DNA of 62,768 bases, filler included, from Nemertoderma westbladi (taxonomy: Eukaryota; Animalia; Xenacoelomorpha), in NCBI GenBank assembly GCA_032718475.1. It is 3 parts of 3 records of this genome, joined end to end, with 100 filler letters (N's around TTAATTAATTAA, not from the genome) between each part and the next. Parts side by side here need not be neighbours in the genome. Positions count along the whole stretch, not along the records: positions 1 to 25,855 come from JAUCBJ010000053.1; positions 25,956 to 49,657 come from JAUCBJ010004362.1; 1 more part is not named here. One strand, written 5' to 3'. Both the position numbers and the translations under genes were made by a program. How positions within the stretch are numbered: the stretch's first letter is position 1; each line of letters starts with the position of its first letter. Below the pieces are notes generated by a model. It was not told the DNA's origin. It made no database searches and saw nothing but the letters and a program-made list of their open reading frames with translations. Positions 24,660-37,256 of this stretch are shown in pieces.

Positions 24660-25855
24660 CATTATTTACTTTACTACTTAAAGTTTTTGAGTGGGTTATG
24701 CTATTGTCACAGGGTGATAAACTTGATTTAGATGATCTTCAATACGGTTTTAGAAAAAATTCAAGTACGTACAGTACAGTGTACATGGACAGCGACTGAG
24801 GCAATTAGTTACTATTCTAGAAATCAGTTTTTTTTAGTTTTTTTTAGAAATCAGAAACTAGTTTATGGCTGTCTTTTAGATTTTACGAAAGCCTTTGACC
24901 TTGTAGAATGGTCAACATTGTTTTTGGAGCTAATGAAAAAAGGGTTCTCACCATTGTACTTAAGGTGCTTATTATTTATATATCTCATGCAAGAATGCTA
25001 TGTTAGATCGAATTTGTCATGTTCAGTTACACTAAATATTAGTAACGGTTGTAGGCAAGGCTCTATTATATCCCCAGTGCTTTTTATTGTTGTTTTAAAT
25101 GTTCTGTTAATTAGGTTGAGATTAAGCAAGGTTGGTTGTTATGTAGGTTCATACTATTTTGGGTGCTTGACCTACGCTGATAATTTATTATTATTATGTG
25201 CTTCGGTTGTTGGCCTACAGTATATGGTACTGTAGGTATATGTACTAAATTTTGTAAGGAATTTCATCTCAAATTAAGTACAGATATAAATCCAATAAGT
25301 GTAAGTGCAAATGTATACCATTTCTTTTTGAGTGGCAGCCGCCACAAGTACGAGTAATAATAAACGAAAATACATTTAGGTATACTGTTGGATTATAAAT
25401 GTTTGTTGGATAGGGACATTTTGCGAAAACGGGCCGAATTTATTTCTAAATTATGTAAAATAAAGCAATAATTTTCATTTGGCACACCTTCTAATATGTG
25501 CACTTTGCAAACCTTATATTTAACAAGTTTTTATGGTAGTCCTGTAGGGAATCTGTTGTGTAGTGAAACCAATAAGATATATAATTCGTGGAACATTAAT
25601 GTAAGGCGGGTGTGGGATTTACCGTACAATAGTCACAGATATATTGTGGAACGTACAGTTAATTCTTTACACCCTAAGGTTATTATGTTGTGTAGCCGAC
25701 TTGTGGGGTTTTCAACCTCGGCAATGAAATCCATAAAAATTTCATTACGTTTTTTGGCATATTAAATAGATAAATTAGTGGTTCTAATCTACGTTATGTT
25801 AGTAATGAATGTGGTGTACCTATTGATAGCATACAGTCAGTTGCAGTCAAAAGAT
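24660..25855 (+). pseudogene. Decayed non-LTR reverse transcriptase
   Basis: LQYGFRKNSST, LLDFTKAFD, GCRQGSIISPVLF, YADN(LLL); several frameshifts and stops. Confidence 0.85.
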
Positions 25856-25955
25856 NNNNNNNNNNNNNNNNNNNNNNNNNNNNNNNNNNNNNNNNNNNNT
25901 TAATTAATTAANNNNNNNNNNNNNNNNNNNNNNNNNNNNNNNNNNNNNNNNNNNN
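25856..25955. other. Artificial contig spacer (44 N + TTAATTAATTAA + 44 N)
   Basis: Six-frame-stop linker centred in a 100-bp N run, identical to 49658-49757. Confidence 0.97.
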
Positions 25956-26040
25956 AAGGCACAGCCACAGCAAAAACTGAAAAAGAACAACTGCTACTCC
26001 CAGTCTGAGACTCTCCTGACAATTTGCAATTTGGGGTGCG

Positions 26041-27402
26041 ATGGCCGAAAACAAATTAGTTGAAGTTCGCAGGAAGCAGTATTCCACGTTGAAAGGTTTA
26101 CTTAGTAACTCTTCCGCACCCAGCGGGATATTCCTTTACGGATCTGATGAGAGCGGCAAGGAGTTGCTGATACGCGAAATCATCAAAGAACTCGGGCTCC
26201 CGCACGTTACCGTTAATCTTGTAACTAATTACGAAGCCAAACTCGTCTACCAAAGTATAGTCGGTATAATCGATAGAGGCCAACATCGACCAATTGGAAA
26301 CGCAAACGATCTCGTACAAGCCTTGCGATTTGACACCGAAAGACGGGAGAAAGCTAAAGGAACCAATCGGGTTGTACTTATAGAGGAGGCAGAGAGACTC
26401 ATTGGTTTCGCAGGTAATCCTATGTCCCTGTTGCTACGATTACGCGAATATACTAAATCACCCATAACGGTGGTTTTTCTGAGTGATTTGCCTCCTTACC
26501 ATTACCGAGGGTTGAACCCCCCTCCGCTGGTGGTTGCATTGCCTCCGTTTACTCGTCCCGAGGTCGACGCTATACTAACGGCGGACGCGGAATGCTACCC
26601 GGGTTGCTCCACGGAATTCTTCTCGCAGTTCGTCCATCTGGTGCTGAGCGTGTTCTACCCTGTGACCAGGAGTCTCGCCGAGCTGAGATTCGCGGTGCGT
26701 TGCAACTACGCCGCCTACCGACGACCTGTGGAATCGGGGGAACTCAAGGAGACCGACGTGGGTCGGTTGTGGAGACGGGCGGAGTCGCGACTACGGCAAT
26801 CGGTGCAGCAGGTCTACCTGCGGACCGGAAGCGAGCAGTCGGAACCCCGCAACCATACGGAAACGCAGAACCATATGGTTCCACAGATACAGAACCGTAT
26901 AGAACAGCAGAACCACACGGACTCGCCGCACCATACGGAACCTCTGGCGTCAACCACCAACCGACTATCACGAACATCTGTACTCGATCTTCCCTTCTAC
27001 TCTAAGTTTCTCCTAATCGCCGCGTATTTGGCCTCCCACAATCCCCCAAAATCCGACAAGCGTTTCTTCGTGAAACACCACGGGAAGATCCGCAAATCCT
27101 CGTCGACGCAACGAAGTCGCCACGCCGTAACGTCGCTGACCGGCCCCAAAGCCTTCCCTCTGGATCGGATGTTGGCAATATTCTACCATCTGGTCAGCGA
27201 GTTGGTCCCCCCTCAGGTGTCCGTTCTCTCGCAGGTCGCTACGCTCGAGTCGTTAAAACTTCTCCTTCCTGTAGGATCAGATGACGTGTTGGACACGCCG
27301 CGGTACAAGTGTACCGTTACTCTGGACTGCGTGCGGAACGTTGGTAAGAACGTCCACATAGAGGTACACAGATACCTGTTCGATTTCATTCAACCAAAGT
27401 AA
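26041..27402 (+). CDS. ORC5: Origin recognition complex subunit 5 (intronless)
   Basis: 453-aa ORF: AAA+ P-loop region FLYGSDESGKE; C-terminal LPFYSKFLLIAAYLASHNPPKSDKRFFVKHHGK, GPKAFPLDRMLAI and PRYKC match the ORC5 winged-helix signature; AATAAA at 27651. Confidence 0.95.
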   Translation: MAENKLVEVRRKQYSTLKGLLSNSSAPSGIFLYGSDESGKELLIREIIKELGLPHVTVNLVTNYEAKLVYQSIVGIIDRGQHRPIGNANDLVQALRFDTERREKAKGTNRVVLIEEAERLIGFAGNPMSLLLRLREYTKSPITVVFLSDLPPYHYRGLNPPPLVVALPPFTRPEVDAILTADAECYPGCSTEFFSQFVHLVLSVFYPVTRSLAELRFAVRCNYAAYRRPVESGELKETDVGRLWRRAESRLRQSVQQVYLRTGSEQSEPRNHTETQNHMVPQIQNRIEQQNHTDSPHHTEPLASTTNRLSRTSVLDLPFYSKFLLIAAYLASHNPPKSDKRFFVKHHGKIRKSSSTQRSRHAVTSLTGPKAFPLDRMLAIFYHLVSELVPPQVSVLSQVATLESLKLLLPVGSDDVLDTPRYKCTVTLDCVRNVGKNVHIEVHRYLFDFIQPK

Positions 27403-27836
27403 GTAAATGGCTTTTGTTTACAATCGCAAACGGATTTACAAACTTCAGATTTTTGCAGTAACTCCACACTGCCACACTACAGTATTATTATATGAATCTG
27501 ATCCTGAAACTTGAAATATCTAAGGCGATCTCTCGGCAGCCTCGCAAACAAACAGTGTTATTGTTAAAATATTTACAAATATAGCAAGCTGTACCGGTAT
27601 ATGCAACTTCAATCACTAAAATAAGCTTTAATTGTGCACTTGTTTTTAACAATAAAAAAAACTGAATTTGCATTCACTGCGTTCGTTTGTGTAACAAACC
27701 ACTCGGCTCAGGATACTGTCAAGTTCTACTTGACCGACTATAATCGGCCTGCTTTATAACAGCCGTATGAAATTAGCTATACCTATACCGGCCTAACAAC
27801 ATATTTTTGCTGCCACCATGGACTATGCAGTCCACA

Positions 27837-28249
27837 ATCGGCATGCTGCAATGCGCAGCTTGCATCAAGAATGCCATGCCAGTTTAGCGACCAAATTGCG
27901 CCTCACATTGCGCCTTTCCCGAGATTGCGGAGATGCGGGATTACCCGCATCTCAGAGGCCAGTGTCCTTTAAGATGCGTCTCAAGAAAGTCATGGGCTGT
28001 CCACCATGCTTATTCACTCCCAGAGGCCGCCAAAGCACAAGATTATGAACTGGCTGGTCCTCACGGCGAAAGCAATGTCCTGCAAAGCGGAGGCGGCTGT
28101 GTTCAAGTGCCGAGCTTGGGGATACCAATTAGACACCTTCAATGCTGTATAATCTCAGGTTGGAGCTGTGGGCATTGTACACAATGAACCCGACGTAGTA
28201 TTCTTGTGAAGAGATTTGGTGCCATCAGCAATTAGAGCCCAGCATGGAC
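27837..28249 (-). pseudogene. RTE-like LINE 3' fragment
   Basis: Clear similarity to 22951-23360 (shared CAAGAAAGTCATGGGCTGTCCACCATGCTTATTCACTCC etc.). Confidence 0.85.
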
Positions 28250-31200
28250 ACCAATGTATGAGACGGGCGTCTTCAGCGGTGTAATAATAGCATTTAATAA
28301 AAATCGCACCGGCCAGTAAATTTATTGTCATTTATATAATAAGCCATACGGTGATTTCAACTAATATATTAAAGTTATATGTTAGTTGGATTATATGTTA
28401 TGTATTAATAGTTATATGGAATAATAGTTTTATTTATAGGAATACTGTTTGAATCTATTGATAAAGATGAGTTTAAATAATAAATATAAATATATAAAAG
28501 TAGTTTTATCGAATAGCCATTTACTTTTTATTTGTTATTATGAGGGACTTTATTTGTCCGCGTGATTGTGAAGAATGTGATACTATAAATTTTTCTCTAA
28601 TGTTTTGATATTCTGCGTGATTGTAATGTACTGTACTATGTACTTTACAATTAGTAGCGCAAATTGACAATTGTAAGTGAAATAAAGTTTTGTTTATTGT
28701 TTTGTTAGAAAATACCACCTCTGTAACATGCGATTCTCATTTCCCTTAATGTTTTAAATGAAATTAATATACTTTCTTCAAATCCACACATTTGGTGTTT
28801 GTGGTCAATTTGCGCGCCTATGTGACGAATACCAGGTTTTCACTTTTCGGTCGAAATTTTATTGTAATTATAAAGAATTTGTATTTTTTCAATTATTCCT
28901 TTAAGTATATTTTTAACGCTTATTTCTATCTTATAACCTGTACATATACTAATTCCTCTATTGTTTTGGTTAGATTCAGCCCTGCTGCAACCAAGGTTTT
29001 TAGTGAAAACCTCCTTCACATGGGGGTGAACTCAAATAGGTAAAATATAACAGAGGAAAGTCTGGTTATACTTAAAATGGGCCAATTTGCGTTAACAACT
29101 CTTACTTTAAATACATAATCAATCATGGAGACCTCGACAATGGCAAGCTATATGTTACCAATAGTTGAAATCACAACAAGGTTGTGACTTCCTTCATTAA
29201 TTGTTTATTAAATATATTTTTAGATTTTATCAATTTAATTGTTAACAAATCACATAAATAATAAAATATAAATATTTCAGACATTCGAAACTCAACTGAC
29301 CTCAAATAATGCTGCATGCTAAAATCTCAGCTTTGTTATAAACATAACTTTATTATTACCATTTAAGGCGTAGGCGTATTATGTGGTTTAAAATTACATG
29401 AATTACAATGTATACGATATACATCTACGTAGATTCAAAGATAGAATAAAATGATTATTTTATTATATAGTATTATATATACTCCCGCCATACGGGGTAT
29501 ATGGATACAGTAAAATGGTTTTTTTAAATTAATAATTGCAGCAGATTCATATGTGTTACGCCCGGGCTAATTAGATTATACAACTAAAATTCATCCATTT
29601 TCGAATCGGTTTGTCGACTGTATTAATGTCTGCTGTTGGCGGTCTTATTGCACCCCTTCTAGTTCCTTCTGTGAGCTCATTGCATCATCATTAAAAGAAG
29701 TAGGAGTAGACATGGCAGACATTATTTTTATAAAATTAATATTGCCTTTTCCCGACGTTATTGCCTTTGGCGCCTGCATGGCTAGCCCCAAGCTACATAC
29801 CCAATTATGTCAGATGGCCAATGGGTTGTCTGTCAGTCTGTCCAATTATCTAGTCTTTGATGTTGGCGATTTCTTTGTTGGTAAGAATATCATCGATATC
29901 CGTTTGTCCTTATTGTCCTTCCGTCCTGCTCCGTTGGCTCTATAAACTCAATAACCAATTACAATAATAATTATTGTCCCGGCGTAAAATCCATCCCTCT
30001 CCAATAGAAAATCGACGCAAATAACAGCTGATTACCGATTACCCCCAAAATTAAAACTGTAACTTATTCTATTGACTTTAGTTTATTGTTTTGGGAGACG
30101 AGATATTAATTCGCCGACATTGTTTATAAGCTGTATAAGGTTTATAAGTAGAATATTATGTAGTTCTTTATTTAATTGGAGGTTATTTAAATATACCTTT
30201 CCTATTTGACTTATTTAGCTATTTATTGTAATCATGAACCAAAAATTAGCGTAATATTAATTATTGTGTTTTAAAATTATTGAATAATATAAGACTGTTC
30301 GGGTTCGCTTACCAAACAAATACTGCGGGGCACTGAAAAATTATAATGAAGATAATAGCCACGCCCTATAGTTACTCCACAGGGCGGAATAATGATATCT
30401 GATACTGACAGCTACTGTATATGGTGTCACTTTATATTATTGTAGGCCTACCACCAGAATCCCAGAAGCAAATATGACGAGGGGGGGGGGGGGGTGCTCA
30501 TTATGAATAATTATGTGGTTCATTAAGGCTTAAAGCATAAACCGAACGCAGCCTTTCTGCGCCACCTGTTTCCTTTGAAGCGTTCACCCCCCCCCCCCCC
30601 TCCCCTTCCCTCTGCCATAACAAACATTATAGTGATTTATGGCCAATGTAAGATTAGAATATCTGAGTAATGTAATAATTTCATATTGCCCTGTTATTTG
30701 TATTGAGGTCAAGGTAAACCAAATCATACTTTGGTATGATTATTAATGCGATGACAAAAACACATGCTAAATAGTGCTGGGAATATTATTTTCGTCCGAA
30801 TATCTTAAATGTCACATTAATTTGTCCGCAAAATATCTCGGCACTGATGGATTCGAACCAACAACTTCAGACTGACTACTTAAAACTCATACTGATAAAA
30901 ACTCGGCGAATCGCTGCTCTGTTTATTTCCCGATATGCAAATTATGTAATGTTGTGATGGGGGGGGGGGGGGGGGGGGGGGGTAACAGCTGATTAATCTA
31001 GAAAATAAAACTGTAACCTGTTCTATTTATTGTGTTATAGTTTATTGTTTTGGTTAAAATATCGTGCCACTGTAACCTGCTCCTTTCCCTAAATTGAGAA
31101 TTTAACATTGAGGCGGGATATTTATTCGCCAAGATGGGATTTGCGTCCAGTCCCCCCCCCCCCCTGTCTCGTAATGTTACAGGTCACATTATCCCATTCG

Positions 31201-31775
31201 CCTCCCATGCGAAAAATACATCGGTTTCGGTTTTCATTTTAAATTTAATGTTTTCTAGCGCTCGTTTCAATGTTATTACCTGTACAGATACTATTTCATT
31301 TATTGTTTTGGTTAGATTACACGATAAAAAAGGAAAGAAAATAGGTAACCACCACCCCTCCCCTGAAACTGTTGATTCTCAATTAAATTACATTTCCTAA
31401 CTCTCGTTTATTGTTTTGGTTGTTTCAACCTTCCTCTGTAACCTGTTTTTTTACTAACCTGCCTACAAGTAGGTGTAAGTGTAAGTGTAGGCGTAGCGTT
31501 TACAACCAATCTTAACTCCATAACTACACTTACCTCGGTAACGTAGTGTGCGAAACGACCCTCGGCTTGGCGTACCACCGGCCGATTGTTTGGCTCAGGT
31601 TGGCCAACGACGTTGTAATTGGAACGATCCGAGTTGACGTCTTCGTTCTCGGAATCTTGGAGCTCCGGATGGTATGCCATTAGTATTGGTTCACTAATAA
31701 TTAAGTAAACACAGTATTAACAAATGCACCGATATATTATTATGTTTTTGTTAGATGCGAATCTGGTGATAACGT

Positions 31776-32049
31776 AAAAAAAAGTTAATTTTCTCCGGCC
31801 CTTAGGCCAGGGATTGCGCACAAAGTCAGACGATTTATTTCCAGAACGGTCTCACCAGAACTTTACTCCCCAGAGGAAATTCCAGTACTCATTTAGCTAC
31901 CATATAAGGATGCAAGGCAGAGATGCGCCCTGGCTGGTCCCTTCAAAGCATTCGTGCCGAAACGAAAACTGCCCTGACCCATGTGAGGATCGAACCCACG
32001 ACCTACAAGAGATGTGAATTCAATGCAACCACTACACCACGGTGGGAAC
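31776..32049 (-). mobile_element. tRNA-derived SINE, intact Pol III boxes
   Basis: Minus strand GTTCCCACCGTGGTGTAGTGG (A box)...GGTTCGATCC (B box), then a body shared with 16137-16408. Confidence 0.88.
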
Positions 32050-35000
32050 TTTACGCAACTGGACCTAGAATAGTCATTATCCACACTAAATAGCGCAATG
32101 GGGACACTTTTTTCATATTTCGATAAAAATGGGTCCGACATGTTTCATATTTTGCTGGAAATATAAAATACCGCAATATCTTGCTGCTGCTGCTGTTTTT
32201 ATCCCTCGTGGAGTAGGTAGGCCTACGGTAGGCCTACAGTACTATATTTTGGTAATTGACTCACCTTTTATGCAGTTTAGCCATTGCCTGACTGTCAGTA
32301 ATTTTTGAAACGTTTCGAATGGAGAATTTCAGTGACAACAATTTTAATATCCGGCCCATTTACTCCGAGAATAAAGTTCCTTTACGTGGTATAGTTGGAG
32401 GGTATCAAACTATATGTAATGTAAACCCCGATGCTAAAGACATTGATATCTCGGAAGTCGACATCGGAGAGATGATGATTCAGACAACTCCTTCCCATGT
32501 ATTAGTATTAGTGTGTCTTTAAATTGTCAAGGATTCATAAGTTTTATATATAATTTATTTACGTAAAATTATACAGGTGCTTAAGCGCTAAGCTAAAAAG
32601 AGGAGCTAATATTGACAGTTAAATTGCTTATAAGTGCAGTACTGATAAAAAATAAACATAATTCTAATTAGTAATATTTATTATAATTGGTTTACAATTA
32701 ATTTATTATATAAGGAATATTATATAGTCTTACTGGAACGTCTAAATGCCTGGAATTTATTTAAGTAATTGCTTGAACTAGCCATCGATCGATACATACC
32801 CACACACGGTATTGCTACAGCCGGCAATAAGCCATCCTTTCTGAGTGGGGAATTGAAATTTAGTGAGTCATATAAGGAAGGCTGTTACCATGGCGATCAC
32901 CATACAAACTGCTTAATAAAGGTTCAGCAATATGGAATTAGTAACGATATTTTGGTACTTTATGTAATCAAATTATAAGCTATATCTTCTATAAGTTGTA
33001 TGCGACATCTGTGCAAGATTATGATGTAATCAATCACTGATTAATATTATTGGACTTTAATAAGGCTTACAGTATAAGACAGCAATATATATTTATCTAA
33101 GGGCTAAAGGTTAATATTTAAATCAAAGAGTACCTATCTTACGTTAAGTTTAAGTCAATAATCTAACAAGAAACCAACAAGAATATATATTGCATTTCAA
33201 TATTAGGAATTATTTTTCGAACATTATTTAAATAAATTGCTGTACCGGTACTGTATGAATATATCATCATCTTTATTGAATTAATAACTATTAAGAAACG
33301 CCAGATCTGGCCTAATATTTACTCAATTATTACCTGATATTCACAATAGAACACACTAACATGCAGAATCACTACACTATTACTGCTGTACTCAATCGAA
33401 TTTATACCCATTCCTTTTTAATGTGTGATCTAAGATCATTACAGTTGATTAGGGGATTAGTGTTTATCAGTAGGACTATTATGTCGATTTTCTGTTCGAC
33501 CATTGCCCATAGACTATTATTAGGCCTACTTGGCAGAATTCAGCCAGTGAAGTTTGCAAATGAATTTCCACAGAAAAGCTCGAGAGATACACGGCAGTCC
33601 AGTAGGTTTATAGGCCACCACATAATAAGGTATTTATTAACCTAAATACTATAGTCTTGGCCTTGGCTCAATAATATCAATCCTACAGTGCTACTACAGT
33701 ACATCAACTACTATTACATTTATTAGCACAGGCCAAACTGTGTACTATAAAACAGTAAAGTCTACGAGTCAGGTATGTGATGAAATTTGAATTTGGTATG
33801 TGTGTAGAAAATGTAAAACGGTTTGAAAATTACTGCAAATTTTAGGGTAATTACAAAAGAAAGACCTAAAGACTCAAGACCTGTACAAAACAAAGAGGTA
33901 AGTCGCGTTAGGCCCCAACGAGCGTTAAAGTCATAAAGAGCGTTAGGCCCCATTGCCATTTAAAGGAGCAGGTTAGTAAAGGAGCAGGTTACAGAGGCTT
34001 GTTGGGGGAACCAAAACAAAAAACGAAAGTTAACACATGTGTTTTGTAGGCCTACACGTCTTGAGTCTTTATTTTGTACTCACCCCACATTTTATGAGGC
34101 TTTGCAAACAACTTGATCAAAGTTGTCACTTTCCATGCTTTACCTATTTGTCCTATCTGTACTAAAAAACTGTATGCTACGGTTCCTGACAATATTGGTA
34201 CAGGTATGATGAGTTCAAATGCAAAATTATTCCATCAATAATTTAAGTCTCATCACAAGGAATAATATAAACAATAAAGTTTATATTCCTACAAGCGATA
34301 TAACAGGGATTACTAGAGTTTTTATGCCTCCGCCAGTATTCCCATAAGGGAAAGTAACCGCTAATGCGTACTAGTGACAGGAGTTTTGCCAGTGGTCGAC
34401 ACAGATGTTCAATTATATTGATCTGCTTTCCATTTGACTCATACTGCTAAATAATCCAGTATTAGTACTATGTAAATGTGTAGGCCTACATTGTATAAAA
34501 TATATAAAATGTGTACTATGTACAGTATAATCAGTCTGACTGTACGAAGCCAAACAAACTCTTACTCTTGTCTGCTTGTTCACAAAACTTAAACTATATT
34601 ATTAAAGTTAAGAGTTTTTCTCACTATGATTACAGTATAAAACTGATGCTTCGACAGTCGCTAACGAGTTCATGAATGCGAAATAGCTTAACCGTAAAGT
34701 CAATATTTATGCACAAGAATAGGTAAGATGCAGCTTGCAGTTGTTGTTCAGTATAATGAAATAGCACTAATAGCAGGCCTAATGATAGTAGTAATTAGTA
34801 TACCATGCACGCCTATTCACGTCCACAATAAATGTGTCTGTGTCACAGCTGATATTCGGACTGGCTTTCCATGCCATCATCGTGGAATGAATACATAATA
34901 AATTGGCCACCACATTAAACAATGTTAATTAAATTAATCATGTGGATGCAGATTGGCAGGGGCAGCTACAATTTGTTTTTCTAACAAATCAACCAATAGC

Positions 35001-35106
35001 GATGTAATTTTAAGTGAATCCCAGTTTAAAGCTGACCTACAGTAATATTGCGTCTATACTGTCTGTATAGTATGTTATGTATATACAGTAGGGTCAAATA
35101 TTCGGT

Positions 35107-36461
35107 ACATGCAAAAAATAGAATGAGCTAGAATGACCTAGAAGCTAGAATGATCTAGAAACACCTACTGTAGAATGATCTAGAATGACCTAAGAATCAC
35201 CTAGAATGAGCTTATGAGGAGATGATAGAATGCAATACCGACCTATACCGAGCTACAGTATAACAAGCTATCACCTAGAATGACATATAGGGACTTAATA
35301 AAGAATAATACCGGCCTATAACGAGATAATACCGACCTAACCGAGCTATAACGATATCTTAAAGAACAAGACGGACCAATAGCGAGCGATGTCGGGATAA
35401 TACCGACCTACAGTACAGTATACCGAGCTATCGCAAGATAATACCAATCTATACCGAGCAAAATATGAGATAATACAGAGGTGTATCGACCTATACTGAG
35501 CTATACAAATAATGCATAGCTATACCGTTCTAATTATATAAGTAATACTGTAAGTTCACATTCTATTCATTTGTTTTCAGTGTGTCTTGTTAGGAGCCGA
35601 AAGTTCCTAACAAGAGAGTGATCAAATTTAAAACGATTTTTATAATTTTTTTAACATAGGTACATTAGCCAAATTTAGACTCAAGGGGCGAGGGGTCTAC
35701 GAACGGGACGCTCTGATTGGTCTTTCCATAACGATTCCTGCTACAATTAATGTAATTAAAATAGGATGCAGAGGCTTTCCTATTCAGTACCGGTATTGTA
35801 TCAGCTGATGGTACTGTAATACTATATGTGGGTTCCTTATCGGGCCGCAAGGCCCATCTAGTTTAAATAAGAGGAAATAATATGATACGAAATATTTATC
35901 CTTGTCGTTTTAAACCCAGCCCACCACCACCAAAAAATCATGATTTACAAATATTATTAAAATTATGTTATATATCTGAAAAATAAGAAAATCGTTTTAA
36001 ATTTGATCACTCACTTGTTAGGAACTGTCGGTTCCTAACAAGAAACACAGAAATCAAATGAATAGAAAAGTTACTTTCTTATAGAATTAGCACAGTGGGC
36101 CTATAGCTATGCATTATTTGTATAGCTCAGTATAGGTCGATGCACCTCTGTATTATCTCATATATTGCTCGGTATACAGTAGATTGATATTATCTTGTGA
36201 TAGCTCGGTATACTGTACTGTAGGTCGGTAATATCCCGACATCGCTCGCTATTGGTCCGTCTTGTTCTTTAAGATATCGTTATAGCTCGGTTAGGTCGGT
36301 ATTATCTCGTTATCCCTATAGCTCATTCTAGGTGATTATTATCTTGTTATAGCTCGGTATAGGTCGGTATTGCATTCCATCATCTCCTCATAGCTCATTG
36401 TAGGTGATGCTTATGTCATTCTAGGTCATTCTAGATAGCTCATTCTACTTTTTAGCATGTA
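35107..36461. mobile_element. Foldback-like element: ~500-bp inverted arms made of short subrepeats around a ~350-bp spacer
   Basis: 35107-35640 is the reverse complement of 35988-36461; arms consist of TAGAATGA(C/G)C and TACCGA(C/G)CTA units. Confidence 0.8.
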
Positions 36462-36522
36462 CAGTAGGACCTACCCAAATATTCAGTGTAATAATATTTT
36501 ATATCTGAATTACTGTACGTTT

Positions 36523-36682
36523 CAGTAATGAATGAATTATTTTACAGTAATGAATGAATTATTTTACAGTAATGAATGAATTATTTTACAGTAATGAATT
36601 AATTATTTTACAGTAATGAATGAATTATTTTACAGTAATGAATTAATTATTTTACAGTAATGAATGAATTATTTTACAGTAA
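36523..36682. repeat. 22-bp tandem expansion (CAGTAATGAATGAATTATTTTA)n inside a dispersed repeat
   Basis: About 7 copies; the related repeat at 42543-42672 has a single unit. Confidence 0.9.
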
Positions 36683-37105
36683 TTACAAAATTACAGTATC
36701 TTTCACTAATTACTGAATATTCTTACTCGTACTCTTATTCGTACTGTAATTACTGAATAACCATTACCGGTAAGTAGCCTAATTACAGAATAAATTGTTG
36801 GCCCTATATTGTTTCCTTACTTTGATTCCCTAATGTTCTTATATTTCAATGAATTAAGGCTGTAACTACAGTAAATAAAATCCGCTCTTTTCCTTTCATA
36901 TTCATACAACATTTTTATATTCAGCCGCAAAATTTTAGAAGAGTATACTCATTTACACTTTTTTATCACAAACTTTCCGAAATTTACGGTTTGATAACCT
37001 GCAAGAAGATTCAAATTTGATCATGAAATTCGTAGGCCTACAGTATACTTCCCGTACAGTACTTTATCAAGCGATGTCCTGTACTTTACCGCACTATCAA
37101 ACTTA

Positions 37106-37256
37106 AGGCCCGTTCACATCCAACGGAACGGTACACCGCGCGGTGTACCACAGGGCCAGCGGTACACCGCTGACTGTGAACGACCCAACAGGTAGTTGTG
37201 CGCTAAACCGCGCGCTTTACTGCTATGCTCAAGCACCGTTGGATGTGAACGGGGCT
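37106..37256. mobile_element. PIF/Harbinger-type MITE (151 bp)
   Basis: TIR AGGCCCGTTCACATCCAACGG / CCGTTGGATGTGAACGGGGCT; 3-bp TSD TTA at 37103-37105 and 37257-37259. Confidence 0.85.

Noticed and set aside
25900-25911. TTAATTAATTAA as a biological motif
   Set aside because: Centred in N runs at both gaps; assembly linker.
31975-32049. tRNA gene
   Set aside because: A and B boxes present but no proper cloverleaf; continues into a body shared with 16137-16408, so it is a SINE head.
32260-34450. Possible minus-strand exons (GTGAGT donors near 32265 and 34083)
   Set aside because: Could not assemble an open, recognisable reading frame; insufficient support without transcripts.
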